64,000 nucleotides of DNA. Origin: Octopus sinensis (lineage: Eukaryota). Position numbers and translations under genes: made by a program. Of the stretch, positions 1 to 12,849 are shown piece after piece. Where the stretch lies: positions 24,056,001 to 24,120,000 of the forward strand of contig NC_043008.1 in the NCBI RefSeq assembly GCF_006345805.1. Reading direction: 5' to 3'. The notes beneath the pieces were generated by a model. It saw only the letters and a program-made list of their open reading frames with translations. It was not told the origin of the DNA and did not search any database. Each line of letters starts with the position of its first letter. The stretch's first letter is position 1.

Positions 1-685
1 ACGAGGAATACATCTTATCGATTTAGCTCACAAAAGAATAATAAGGCAGTTATAGAGATTAGCTGTATATATGAATATTTGAATGAAAATCAGAGCTAAA
101 GAGGGATTTTATAACCAACATTTCTGTAACACAATTATGTACTCAGATTTGTACTCATAATTATTGGCGAACTTAGTTGTATGACTTTAAGTCTTTAAGC
201 TATATGCTGTAAAATCTGTGGTTTTCATGCAAAGAAAATTACCATCTAACATATATTTGTGAACTTCGTTGTGTATGACACTTAAAATGTATATAACGTA
301 TATAAAACGCAGAACGGCCTTAGCTGAAATATTTTGACACAGACAAACTTCTTTTAAGAGACATTGCGTATAATAGATACAGAGCTCGCTCAGAATACTG
401 TCGATGGAACGTTAGGCACCGGTGTCTGGCGTCATTTGGTTTCCTCAGTGACAGAAAACCTGGGCAAACGAAGCTAGGTCGAAATTGCGTTCTACTATAG
501 ACATCAACAAATAAGACATTCAATAAGTTTTGTGAAAGTTGACAAGGGTAAAGTTATATCAATATTCATGTTTGAAACTGCATTAGATTATAACTATGAT
601 ACGAATAACATTTACAATCTACATAGAAATGTAGAACAAAAATGGGTGTAATATTTTCTAATCTATAATATAAATACCGTTCTGT

Positions 686-727
686 ATGTGTGTGTGTGTG
701 TGTGTGTGAGTGTTTGTGTGTGTGTGT

Positions 728-781
<54 letters not shown>
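686..781. repeat. (TG)n microsatellite inside the Helitron 5' end
   Basis: Direct reading. Confidence 0.95.
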
Positions 782-785
<4 letters not shown>

Positions 786-1204
786 GATTATAACGGCTGT
801 ATTTTTCAGCTGATTTTCTCCAAACCAGGAACATACATTACTTATGTTCCAGGAGTGGGTTTAGACTTAACGGGCCCCATGTGAGGGGGGCAGAAAACAC
901 CCGTTTCTGGGTTACGTAGAGCAGGAAGGCAACTCTTTGCGAAGTAACTTTCAGAAATTGATTGCCTTCCTTACATCCATTGGTAATTTTTAAAAATGAA
1001 TAAAATATTGCTTTTTTTATTAGATTCCCGTCTTTGAAAGTTTTTTAAAATATTTACTTCCGGCTTTCTAGCGTCAGTGACGTCTATATCTCTCTCTATA
1101 TATCTCTGTCCATTTCTCTCTCTATTTATCTCTATCGCTCTATATATCTCTATCTTTATTTTTCTATCCATCTCTGTCTCTATAGCTATCTCTCTCTCAC
1201 TCTG

Positions 1205-1206
1205 TG

Positions 1207-1274
<68 letters not shown>

Positions 1275-1320
1275 CCTATCTACCTATCTATCAATCTATC
1301 TATCTATCAATATCTATCTT
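1205..1320. repeat. (CTAT)n microsatellite
   Basis: Direct reading. Confidence 0.95.
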
Positions 1321-1990
1321 ATTTCTCTAACTAGCTAGTTCTCTTTCCCCACTCTCTATATCTCACTTACTCTCTATTGTTTTCACTTACATTTTTCAGA
1401 CGCTATTGTTTTCACTTTTTTTTTCCGACGCTATTATTTTCACTTTATGTTCAATCGCTACTGTAAGTTTTCAATCGCTTTTTATAAACAACAAAGACAA
1501 ATTACTGAAAGAAGTTAATAATTACTGATGAAAGTAATTTCATACATAATTTACTAACATAAGTTGCTTCATAAATTTCACTACAATCCGTACGTTTTGT
1601 TAAATTTGCCTACAAATCTTATATTTACTTTTGCAACGTTTTGTGTATTTTGTTGTTGACGGAATTACTGATAAAAGCAAGTTCATAATTTACTGACAGA
1701 AGTAATTTCAACAATTTCACTTAAATACATACACTTAGTTAATTTCTCTAAATTTTATTTGGCAATGGTTTTGTGCTCCTCTGTTGTTTACGGCTTTTTT
1801 CTGGTTCCTTCGATACTGGCTCTTTGGTTCGCTGACAAATTTCGCTTCAACTTGTACAGTTCTTTATTTTCCGTAAAAAATTCTTATTTACTTTCTGCCC
1901 GTCGTATTAAGAAATATAACTTCCGTTACCCAGTTATTTTCATTGTTTACTATCTTCTGCACCCGTGTATTTCTGAATACGTATATAATC

Positions 1991-2610
1991 ATGCCTAGAA
2001 GGAAAGTGTCAAATTTGTCTACAATGTCAAGATCACCCAAAATAATGTCTCTGTCCAGGGAAAGAGAGACAGCTACAGGAAGGGAAGCATATCAAGAAAC
2101 GAACAGACTGTGCACTACAAAAGCCAGAACATCTTAAAGTGATGAACACAGGTATGCATGGCTGACAAGGAATAGGATCTCCACTGCAGAACGAAGAGCA
2201 GTTTCAACAACTCAGAGAAGCAACTTCTATGAAGCAGCTTTCAATTATGATCCAGCATTTCATTATAGAAGTGATACTAGAGCTTCCATTGATGCAATGA
2301 CAAATTTGTGTATACATTGTAAAGCAAGGAAGTGGTCTAGAGAGATACCTGCACTGTGCTGCAGTGGTGGAAAGGTCAAAATCCCGGCAATCTCCCAACC
2401 TCCAGAACCATTGAAAAAACTGTTCTCATCAACTGACCAAGATTCCAAGCACTTTCAAAACAAAATTAGACAATACAACGCTGCACTACAGATGTCATCA
2501 TTTGGAGACACAAGAGATTTAACTGAGCCAGGATTCATGCAAACTTTCAAGATCAAAGGTCAGATTTATCATACTGGCTCTCTTCTACCTCTGTCAAATA
2601 ACTCACCAAA
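1991..2610 (+). pseudogene. Helitron Rep/Helicase N-terminal fragment (Zn-finger region), disrupted and truncated
   Basis: MPRRKVSNL start at 1991. ORF 2297-2683 reads CIHCKARKWSREIPALCCSGGKVKIP...HFQNKIRQYNAALQMSSFG...FKIKGQIYHTGSLLP, the typical Helitron N-terminal motif set. Confidence 0.85.
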
Positions 2611-3071
2611 ATCGGCTTTCTTTGTTTATAATCTATACCTGTGTTTTGGTTGCGAAATAAGCCTAGACGAAACATGTTCTTGAATTACGTATATTTTCAT
2701 TATGTACATATATGAGTTGAAAAATTTCTTTTAACATTTCTCTTAACGTCTATGTTCCATGATGGTATGGGTTGGAGAGTTATTAATATATTCAGCTACA
2801 ATCAGTTGAGATCTGCGTAATCTAGATGGCGTTTTAAAATTTCATTATTATCTTGAACCCGGGTGACGCCGGGTTTTTCTGCTAGTATAGTCTTTATAGA
2901 CATTATAAATATTATACATATAATTATTTTAATCTAATTCTGTTTCAAGTGTATATATTGTCTTCTTGCTTAATTTAATCTTCAGAACAGTTAAAAACAT
3001 GCAGGACATTCTCAAATTCGGGATGGAATTCTATAGACATATGTTAATTTATAAATTCCAGTGACTGGGTT

Positions 3072-3961
3072 TTATTTCTTTTTGGAAAGGGAACTGTTGC
3101 TCCCTTGATAACATCTTCCCTTTTCATTCGGATTCAATAGCAATCGTAGCTAAGTGTTGTACACCTTCTCACGAAGTCCTGTGATATTCCTAGTATTAAT
3201 AATTATATTAGGACCACATGCTGTACGTTCTACTCGGATTAATGCTGATTTTAGATCTTATGAGAAAGATATTGTATGAAAAAATGCTAGAAACAAACAA
3301 AACTCTTATGTAAATGACAGAACAATCAAGGATAGTAATATTGTTGAAGATAATTCAAATGGTGTTAAATACCCAAATACAGTTACAAACATTATGATGA
3401 TTATAATGATTTTAGTAAAGCTAATAAAAGTAACCTCCGGAATATGCATAATAGAATTTTAGGTGGGAATAAGGTTTCAAATGTTAATCCTAATACCAAT
3501 ACTGACGATAGATATTAAAAACAAAAATAACAGCTCATCAACAATTAAAAACGTGTAATTTAATGAGGGTAAAAATATTACTAAAAATAAATATAATAAC
3601 TCAGTACATGTAGTTAGAAATATTGAGGGAAAACAGAAGAATATATATGACTAAGAATAAACTAGGGTCTATAAATAAAGCCAAATTGCATTGTCTCCTA
3701 CTACATCTAATAGAAACAAGTTTAGAAAAATCAGTAGAATACGAAATCGTAACATTTTGCGGTTCAACATTACCCCAACTCGGTCTAAATATTGCTCCAA
3801 ATGCTTCTATTTATATATTTTGTTGGGAAAATCTAAAAATTCTTTTGAGTGTGTTCATAGGTGAAATTTTTCTATAAATTTTTCTACGATTGCTATTGAA
3901 TCCGAATGAAAAGGGAAGATGTTATCAAGGGAGCAACAGTTCCCTTTCCAAAAAGAAATAA
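3072..3961. repeat. Perfect 78-bp inverted repeat (3072-3149 / 3884-3961), probably PLE-derived
   Basis: TTATTTCTTTTTGGAAAGGG...GCAATCGTAG has an exact reverse complement at 3884-3961. The spacer is AAT-rich, like the PLE linker at 9.3-10.1 kb. Confidence 0.8.
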
Positions 3962-4360
3962 TATTTGTCCTTGCTCTATTATTTTCCTTTTACTGACCAA
4001 ATTATTGTAATCTTGTTCAATTCTAGCATTCCATTCATTGTAAATAATAGGGCGAATTCTATATTTATATTTAAAATCGATTCGTAAATGTAACCCTGAT
4101 GTTCCAGTGATCTTGTGAGTTAGCATTCTTTATTTGTATTATTTTGTGAATATACGATTGTATTGTATAACATCGTGCCTACATATTGATGCAAACATGT
4201 ACGTGTCGTTTTGCATACCGAAATTAATAATGCTGCATGAAGAAGATTATGAAACCTCACAACTTATGACTTTAGTCAGAGAAAAAAGGCACACTTTAAA
4301 AGAAATTTTGAGCTGCTATACTTTTATGTACTACTCGACTACATTATATGCATATAACCA

Positions 4361-4643
4361 AGTAGTTAGGGTTTTGCACTCTCGATGTGGCGACCGTACT
4401 TTCAGTTCCTAGACCGGGTGGTGTGTTGTGTTCTTGAGCAAAACACTTCATCTCACTTTGAACTGCGAACACTTCTTCACCTGACACGTGAAACAGTGCA
4501 CCTGTTCAGACAACGCAGATTTGATGGAGAGAATGAGCTAATGTGCAGCATGAACATTTGATCACTATAAACAAGTCATCTGTGCCGGTCGTTCTGCAAA
4601 AGTTAAACGCTCATACGTGGTCTTCGACGGGAGAGTCCATCAT
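4361..4643 (+). mobile_element. Diverged tRNA-derived SINE related to the copy at 27291
   Basis: AGTAGTTAGGG...TTCCTAGACCGGGTGGTGTGTTGTGTTCTTGAGCAAAACAC aligns with the head of 27291-27679, and the 3' ends are similar (CGACGG.AG..TCCATC). Confidence 0.6.
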
Positions 4644-5723
4644 ATATATATATATATATATATATAATGTATGTATATACAAAAGAGAGAAAGAGAAAGG
4701 GAGAAAATAGCGAGTGATTTACAATCATATATACTTACACACATCTCATGGGAGGTTTTAACATGATACCAGAGCCGAATGACTTTTTGGATGAAATCAC
4801 CAGCTAGAACGAAACAAGTTCGCGATTGAACTGTTACGTTCTCTTGTTTACAGTCATGTGTTTACAGTCAAGATGAGCTACCGAGTTGGAAGTAGGCTGC
4901 CAAGTCAAATCTGGTGAGACATAGGCTTTACCAGTATTTCTTATCCAATGCGTGTTGTAAAATGATGAACTCTATATCGGACCGTTGACAGTATAGGTTA
5001 ACGATGACTGCACTAATTGCCTCTCACCTGGACGGTTGCAGTAAATGTACCACTGGTAAATAAACACAAAAGATTCATGGCTGAGATAATATCACGGTTG
5101 TTACATGAATATAGGAACACTGCATGAAAAACAGAAACTAAAGTTGTCATATATGAAATGGAGAGTAACGATGTGTACTTTACTTCAATAGAAAGAACAG
5201 CAATGCAAATAGATTCCTGATCTATTAAGAAACGATACTAGGACGCCCACCGGTTTCATGTAGTTTTATGAATATCTCCCTGCAGGCAAAGCCTTTCAGT
5301 ATTACTGTGGGGCTGTTAGCTGAAGAATGTAAAGAAAACGAACGCAATTTTCTAGTACTAAAGCAACAAAAGCATTCCAACTTGTAAATGTCCACTCAAG
5401 AAAATAAACGAGCAGTAAATACCATCAAAAGCAAAAAAAAAAAATGGAAATAGCTTACAAAAGAAAAGGAAGCAACGGAATAGTGTGCAGAGTACTACTC
5501 AAAACTATAGAACTATCAGCTTACCAGAAATTCAGATGTGCGGAGCGTATAGAAAGTTTACAAAAACGATGACTAGACACTAATGCGATAAATTAAAGTT
5601 GCAATATCACTGAAAGGTGAGAAATTAGTAAAAGTTGATAACTTTCTTGCTGTTGTTATTAGATCTAGTGGTTTTGCAAAACCCATTTTTCTTATCTATG
5701 CATCCAATCCTGCTCTATACTCT

Positions 5724-6119
5724 TTTCTACTCTAGGCACAAAGCCCAAATTTTTTAGGGAGGGTGCCCAGTCAATTAGATCGACCCCAGTACGCCACTGG
5801 TACTTAATTTATCGACCCCCCCCCAAGGATGAAAGGCAAAGTCGACCTCGGCGGAATTTGAACTCAGAACGTAGCGGCAGACGAAATACCTATTTCTATT
5901 CTTTTACTACCCACAAGGGGCTACACACAGAGAGGACAAACAAGGACAGACAAACGGATTATATCGACCCCAGTGCCTAACTGGTACTTAATTTATCGAC
6001 CCCGAAAGGATGAAAGGCAAAGTCGACCTCGGCGGAATTTGAACTCAGAACGTAACGGCAGACGAAATACGGCTACGCATTTCACCTGGTGTGCTAACGT
6101 TTCTGCCAGCTCGCCGCCT
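5724..6119 (-). mobile_element. tRNA-derived SINE with Deu/Nin-type central domain, dimeric or nested
   Basis: Minus strand GGCGGCGAGCTGGCAGAAACGTTAGC...GAGTTCAAATTCC (B box)...GACTTTGCCTTTCATCCTTTCGGGGTCGATAAA. TSD CCTGCT(C/T)TATACTCT at 5709-5723 and 6121-6135. Confidence 0.85.
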
Positions 6120-7256
6120 CCCTGCTTTATACTCTGCTCTGCCAAAAACTACTTATGTACACCACTAAAATGGTTTTTGGTGAAATCAAATGAAACAACC
6201 AGAATCTAAATTTTTTTTTAAATATCAACAATGTATAAGTGCATAAATGGCCAACATAATTAAAGTAAGAGAATACGATGTTTTCCAGTAACATACAAGT
6301 GGTAACTCAATGTCTCAAATTCCTGTATTGTCGCGGTTGTAGTTTGAATTCCATTCCTCTGTAGTTGATAGATTGGGACACTGGTCTGACTTGCATCACT
6401 TAAGTTTTCATCTTCCAACATCAAGTAAATGTCGTAGTAAAAATCAAATTTAAATAAATAAAATGAAATTTACAACTCAATTTACGAGAATTCAATATCA
6501 CATGATTGTAAACATTTCCTCTAGTAAAATTTAAAAAGAGACAAAAGAAACAGTTTCCTCACTGAAAACTTGCAACGTTTTCGCCGCTTGAATGAGCAGA
6601 TTATGTGGCACAATAAATGTCATTTTGAATTCAATTTGAAGATTCTTATGCACGCCATTTTCAGGTTTTTCACGGTATTTCATTCCAGTAATGAATGGAT
6701 CAAAGGTATGATCGAAAGTTTTATGAGACAAAATGTTTCAAAGGAATGCTATGGTCTGGATCAATATTGTGGTTACAGGCTGGTACATTGTAGCATTTCA
6801 ATAGCAGGGAAATGTATGCTGCTATTAGTAATGTAATTCTGACCAGTATAAAAGGCTTTATGAAAGAACGGTGGGGTGTGAATCTAATTAGGCTATAAAA
6901 ACAAATCAACCACCCTCACAGAAATATCAAAAGGCAAACACTATCATAAATGCATGCATAAACTCATATTGACATTTATTACAGATTTGTTTCAACATTT
7001 TATTCTTATTATTTTCAGTATAATATCTAACTTGAGCTTTCAGTTTGTAATTTTGTTATTCCCCCAACTAAACAGTAAAAGTCAACATCAAGGCTTCTGT
7101 TTAGTCACTTAGCAAAATAATCTCAAACAATCAATCTCTATATATTCATATTTATTGCTATATAAGTCACTTCACAGCTGCTGCTAGACTGCAGAATGCT
7201 TATATTTTACTATTTTCTTCCGTACTGCTTCCCGCTGAAAACTGTGTTAATTCCAG

Positions 7257-7337
<81 letters not shown>

Positions 7338-7860
7338 TTCTCTTTCTCTCTCTCCCCACACTTTAAAAATTTTTTTAAAGTAATATAAAAGCATAGAAAT
7401 GACACATCCTGGCAAGAGTTTTAGTGAGAGACTTGATTAACGTACAACTGCTGCTAATTGTGATAGTCGAAACCTTTCAGCAACAAAACATTACATATTA
7501 CTTGGTTTTAATTAATATAAGCAGTAATACAACTTTTGTGGGCCCGTGTTCAAATTCCAGTCTTACCTTTTATGTGTGATTTTCCACGGTAAAAATGTCC
7601 AATTTGACTTTTGCCATGCTTATTCGACACTTTTACACATAGGTTTTACGTTACTTGTATACATACTTGTATACAGGCTGGCTATAGTGAGTCATTTCAG
7701 AGATGGAGTAAGTATGCTGAATTTTTTTTAATCTATACGTCCTTAAACGGATCCTCATTAAACGCAATACGCAGCTTTGTAGTGTTTTAGAACACACAAA
7801 TTAAGTATGTGATATTGATAATGTTTACATTATTGAGTCGGTTTAAGCACAAAATTTGAA

Positions 7861-7895
<35 letters not shown>

Positions 7896-7918
7896 ATTTA
7901 TGTCTGTATGTATGTATC

Positions 7919-8605
7919 TACAAGGTGCTTTCCAGACGCTTTCAGCCTTTTTTCAGGGGAGACATTTATTAATCGTAAAGAAGTACAAAACTCTAATTTC
8001 CTTCACGGCAAGATCCTCTGACTTCGTTGCACTTGTAGCGCTCCAGCTACTTTGTACAGCCTCCGTGGAAGTCTTTCAAAATGAAGATATATCCTGGGCT
8101 CTCCTCAGAGTCTCTTCCATCTTCAAATTGACCGCCCCAGAGGCTCTCAATCAGATCTGGATTGTAGGCAAGGTGAAGGTCAGTTTTGATGCCCTTCTTT
8201 GTTAAGTAGTTTTTTACCAGGTTTCTCGTCACTGAACACCTTGGAAACAAACTTTGCCCAAATTTTGCGCATGCGGTATGTCCATATCTTCATGAATGGT
8301 TCCATGTACAGTTGCCTCACCAACTCCAAACTATATGCTTATTGTCTTTATAGATACACAACGGTCTTCATTCAGGAAACTGTGATTTTTTAAAACTGCT
8401 CTGATGGCTTGACGTCCCTCTCACTCCCACACTTCTTGTTGTTTCTCACCTGCTCTTTCAATCTCTTGTGCCAGCGAAAAAAGTTAATCCATAAGCAGTA
8501 GGGAGTATCTCATACATTTCGATAACGTTTTTGCACAATTTATCACAAAACTTTGTTGCACAAGCTTCCAACTGTCCCGACAGTTACTTTTGAGAAGCAG
8601 TGTCT
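7919..8605 (-). mobile_element. Mariner transposon remnant
   Basis: Minus strand reads YLTKKGIKTDLHLAYNPDL (PYSPDL-like)...GQFED...DFHGGCTK*LERYKC, a degenerate mariner C-terminus. Ends approximate. Confidence 0.6.
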
Positions 8606-8866
8606 AGTAAGGTGTATTCAAATTGCTTGTACAGACGTTTCCTTCAATATAGAAAATCAAAAGTTGGCAGGTCATCTTATTAGATGTCATGTAATGATTT
8701 CCTAAAATTACAATAAACTTTATATCTCTCTCTTTCTCTCTCTTTCCCTCTCTCTCTCACTCTCTCTATCTCTCTTTACACACACACATATATATATAAG
8801 AATTTTTTGCGTAATAAGATAAAAACACCAAGGCTATGTAGATATTAGAGCATTTATAGATAGAAG

Positions 8867-8918
8867 GTCTTACAGCTATTTCTAGGATATTTATTAATTA
8901 TATCCCTTCATCGGAGAC
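8867..8918 (-). ncRNA. Type I minimal hammerhead ribozyme motif (CCGAUGA core variant)
   Basis: GTCT-CCGATGA-A-GGGATAT[loop]ATATCCT-A-GAAA-TAGCTG-TA-AGAC: stem I GTCT/AGAC, stem II, near-palindromic stem III, GUA site. Confidence 0.65.
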
Positions 8919-8958
8919 GGTATGAGAGGATGGTTAAGCCATTTCGTCCTCTCACACC

Positions 8959-9010
8959 GTCTCCAATGAAGGGATATAATTAATAAATATCCTAGAAACA
9001 GCTGCAAGAC
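8959..9010 (+). ncRNA. Hammerhead motif, mutated copy (likely inactive)
   Basis: GTCT-CCAATGA-A-GGGATAT..ATATCCT-A-GAAA-CAGCTG-CA-AGAC. G5 and U16.1 are mutated relative to the opposite arm. Confidence 0.55.
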
Positions 9011-9529
9011 CTATCTATAAATGCTCTAATATCTACACAGCCTTGGTCTTTTATCTTATTACGCAAAAAAATTCTTATATACTCACGCTGACATAGAACC
9101 AACGTTGAACCCTTTATTTTCAATATTACCGAATCTGGAAATTAACTATGGTCTGTCTATAGCATTTATTCAGCATTACCTGGCACCTTTGGGTCTCAAT
9201 GATACCATTATCCCTTATATATATATGACCAGGGAATCACCTTCCAAGATATTGATAGCTTAAATCTCCTAAATAATATAGTGAATGTAAATAACTTAAG
9301 TAATATAAACTCTCATACCCTACATAAACATAAATCAATCGAGGAAAAGAACCTAGCGTATAAACCTAATTATAAGAATAGAAATAGTAAACAGATCATA
9401 AATAAATATGAAAATGCGAACCTAGATAAACCCAATAGGCATAAAAATAATTCTAAAAGGAATAATAATTCTCCTATGAATACTGATAAAACTAATCCTC
9501 CCCACTCTTACTTAAACAAAAAAAACATA

Positions 9530-10545
9530 AAAGAGAAAATGTCATCTGGTTAAATATCCCCTTTAATTGTACGATCTCGACGAATGTGTACAGTAAATGT
9601 ATGTCTATACTGGAAAAAAATTTTCCAGCCTCCCATAAATATCATAAAATAATTTCTAGGAAATCAGTGAGAATTTCATATTCCACTCTCCTAGATATAG
9701 CTACCATAATAGCTAGACTTAATAGTAAAAACATTAAGTTAGCTAGGAGTAGAATGAATTGTAACAACAATGATAGTAATAATAATTGTAAAAATAGCAA
9801 TAAAAATAATAATAATTATTATTATTATAATGGTAATAATAATAATAATATTAATAATGATGATGATAATAATAATAATAATAATAATAACAATAACATT
9901 GACGTAAATAGTGATAATAGCAATATCAATAATATAGATGGTATAGATAAAAGTATGGTAGGTGATAATAATGAGGGTGGATTAATAATGAGTAACTCTA
10001 GTTTGCATAACAACGTAATTACTAATAGTGAAAATAATACTAATACTAACAATAATTTAAATAACAGTAATGGAAGTGAACTGTCCTTAAATAATTCCAG
10101 TACCGGACACTATCCCCCCAGTTGTAATTGTAGGATTAGATCAAAATGTCCGGTATCTGGCTGTTGTTCGGTCCAAAATGTAATTTATAAATGCACGATA
10201 ATAACTTCAAACAATAGCTTTCTTTATTTCGGTTGTTCGGTAGATTTTAAAAAACGTCTAAACAATCATATTTCCTCTTTTAGGCTCAAACATAAGGCAG
10301 GTTGCACTACATTATCTAGTAAAATTTGGGAACTAAAAACAAATAATATAGAATTCAACCAAAAATGGGATATAGTTAGAAGAGCGCAACCTTATAGAAA
10401 TAGTAGGGATGGTTGTCAACTTTGTTATATGGAAACTTATGAAAATTTTGAAACATCAGGGTAATACAAATCTGTTGAATAACCGTTTGGAGCTGGGAGC
10501 ATCTTGTATAGATCGTACGTTTAAATACTTTAAATAATAATTTTG
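9530..10545 (+). pseudogene. PLE C-terminal region with GIY-YIG endonuclease, frameshifted near 10455
   Basis: VIWLNIPF...HKYHKIISRKSVRISYS; CNCRIRSKCPVSGCC; NVIYKC...LYFG...FKKRLNNHISSFR; TTLSSKIWELK; CQLCYMETYE; then LLNNRLELGASC in another frame. A poly-Asn (AAT)n insert lies at 9760-10080. Confidence 0.85.
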
Positions 10546-10582
10546 TGAATATTCCTATATTTTTCAAATTTTAATTCTTTAT

Positions 10583-11052
10583 AACCAAATAAGAAGGAAT
10601 ATACCATACTAACTTTCAATTTAACATTTATAGATGACTAAAATAACTTCACTGCAAACTTAAAATTGAATTCTTTTTTCTAAAATTAAACTCTATGAAT
10701 CTAAATAGTTGGAACCCTAAATAGTATGAATCCCAAATAGTAGGAATACTAAATAGTATGAATCCTATGTCCCTAAAGAAACTATTCAGTTCACCTTGAT
10801 TATTTCACTTCCATTTCTTAATATATAATTAGTCTAAGATATCTTTAGAAAATATATTTAACCAAATAGGAACGAATATACCATACTAGTTTTAGTTTAA
10901 CACCCATAAATAATTAAAAAACTTCATTGCAAACTTAGAATTAAATTCTTTTTTATAATGTTCTCCAATACTAAGTAGCATTAATCCTATATCCCTAGGG
11001 AAACTATTTGGTTTATCTTGATTATCTCACTCCCATTTGTTAATATATAATT
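10583..11052 (+). repeat. Diverged ~277-bp tandem duplication, including 16-bp subrepeats (10695-10770)
   Basis: ACCAAATA.GAA.GAATATACCATACTA occurs at ~10584 and 10861. Units like ATGAATCCCAAATAGT repeat about four times. Confidence 0.75.
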
Positions 11053-11540
11053 AACCTAGTCTCTTTCTCCAAATTTGAATAAATTTTAGATTATATTTTT
11101 CCTTTATTCTAACGTGTCAAAGTACTTGGAACTTATAGATCAACTGTTGTGTTGATATGCATAGGGTTTGTAAGGTCTCTGCATCCTCTGTGAATGTTAT
11201 TGTGACCATTTGACTTTGACCTAGCTTCTCCTAACGCTGAATCTGTTCATCAAATAGTAGTAATTGGCATTTAGTTGTGACAATGCTGTCTTCTACATAA
11301 ATTCCTTATATGGAGCTATGATATCCCCTTTACCCCATTTCTATAATAAGAAAATCTCTATTGTCTCTTTTCATTTGTTCTTCCCTCTCAGGACCTTACA
11401 GTAGTCTGGAACAACTGAATCTTAGTCAGTCAGTTGATGGGCTCCACTACCTCAAATGTTTTAAAAATTTAAATCCACATCTTTGTCTATAATGTTGCCA
11501 CTTGATATGAAAATTTTTGCGTTAATGGAAAACCTCTATA

Positions 11541-11630
11541 ATTGGCTGATGAGTGCACAGCATTTTAAAACTGTTGTAATACTTACAATATTTAATAAAA
11601 TGATGTAGTACGTAACGATCGTACCAAATT
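11541..11630 (+). ncRNA. Hammerhead motif in the PLE 3' region, GAAA mutated to GTAA
   Basis: ATTGG-CTGATGA-GTGCACAGCATTTTA...TAAAATGATGTAGTAC-GTAA-CGATCG-TA-CCAAAT: long stem II, palindromic stem III, GUA site. Confidence 0.7.
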
Positions 11631-12849
11631 ACCGGAGTTATTCTTGTTGCTTATTTTGATTATAATCACCCCACGGATTTTTATGGATAACACCATACAG
11701 AATTCTGATGCATCTAAATTAAGTACCATACTCATTTGAATCTAAATTTTTGCTGAACGTATATATATATATATCTTTATGAAAGTATATTTGGTTTAAC
11801 AGAAAGCTATAAAACTTTTCTTGAAAACTTCATTCCATATGAAATATTATTGCTTTCAACCATGTTTATAAACAATCAGGTACCTAATGCATTGTGCTAC
11901 GTGCGAATAGTATATTTCGTAATTTTAGTGAGTAAATAGTATATTTTTATATTATTTGGCATTGGTTAATAACTTGTCCAGTTTCCGGATTCTTGGTAAT
12001 TTGGCAAACAAGTCAAAGAGCAATTTGAAAGCAGAATGTGCTCTACAATCCCGAGAAAAGAGTGTGCTACAAAACTGAAGAAACGACTGCAATATCTACA
12101 CTACTATCTTGATTGATTCTGCAGGCCCTTAGTTATTTAGTATAGACTTTCTAGTTATATTTTAAATAATGTAAAAGTACTTTGCAGAATCTTGCCAAAA
12201 TAGTAGAATGGATAGCTCTCTAATCTGCAGTGAAGTTGGATTCCTTGTCAGTGGTATATGCTATTAATGTGTGAATAACATATGATGACTTCGTCAAAAT
12301 TTTTCTTACTAGATTATTGACATCAGTGTGATTAGGTTAAGAGAAGGATGTACTTTAAAAAATGTTTGAGCTACATAATCCCTTTGACATTTCGATGAAA
12401 GCAACATAATAGGACTCATATTTAAACACATTTTTTCCATTCCAGGATACACTTTTCAGGCTTGACACCTGAAATTTTCGGCAGGGTCATTACGATACTT
12501 GAGATAAAGCTGAAGCAGATTAGATTGTTCACATCCTTTCAACAGCATGGTGTAAAGAACGCTAGGAGACGTTGTTATTTGAGATACAGAAGCTTCTGAA
12601 ACTTTATTCTCAATAGACGTATCATTCTCCAGCAAACACGTATAAAGCTTATCACTTAATTTAGAGACCATTGGCTACTCAACTCGAAGATCTAGAAATG
12701 AATTTCAACATACCTTAACCTAGTTAAGCCATTATTTTGCAGTTTTTACAATACGAAAGAGTAAATTTACATCTCACCTGTTACTACGTTGTTTTCATAC
12801 TTTTAATGCGATGGTTGTACTTTGTACAGGGATATCGGCTTCTCGACAT

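Larger units (their letters stand above)
662..2885 (+). mobile_element. Helitron, internally deleted, both termini present
   Basis: 5' A|TCTATAATATAAATACC at 661/662. 3' hairpin AACCCGG-GTGACG-CCGGGTT (2856-2875) followed by CTAG|T (2882-2886), i.e. an A-T insertion with no TSD. Contains a Rep N-terminal coding remnant. Confidence 0.85.
8794..9081. repeat. Fold-back repeat (arms 8794-8930 / 8947-9081) carrying two opposed hammerhead motifs
   Basis: Arms are near-perfect reverse complements with a 16-nt loop. The unit lies between (TA)n tracts. Confidence 0.9.
9226..11760 (+). mobile_element. Penelope-like retroelement, Naiad-type, 5'-truncated (thumb + GIY-YIG + 3' UTR)
   Basis: Bounded by (TA)n tracts. 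Coding remnant at 9530-10545, 3' UTR with internal duplications, hammerhead motif at 11541-11630. Confidence 0.75.

Noticed and set aside
1500-1740. CTGATGA at 1525 and CRISPR-like spaced repeats
   Set aside because: No stem II/GAAA/stem III arrangement. The repeats are irregular minisatellites inside a Helitron, and there are no cas genes.
4760-5640. Possible piggyBac-like remnant
   Set aside because: Only vague similarity; no TTAA/TIR or clear catalytic motif.
9825-10052. Leu-rich membrane-like ORF
   Set aside because: Antisense of the (AAT)n poly-Asn tract.
9586-11540. Selenocysteine recoding in the Naiad-type PLE
   Set aside because: Conserved Cys positions use TGT/TGC, and no SECIS was recognisable by eye.
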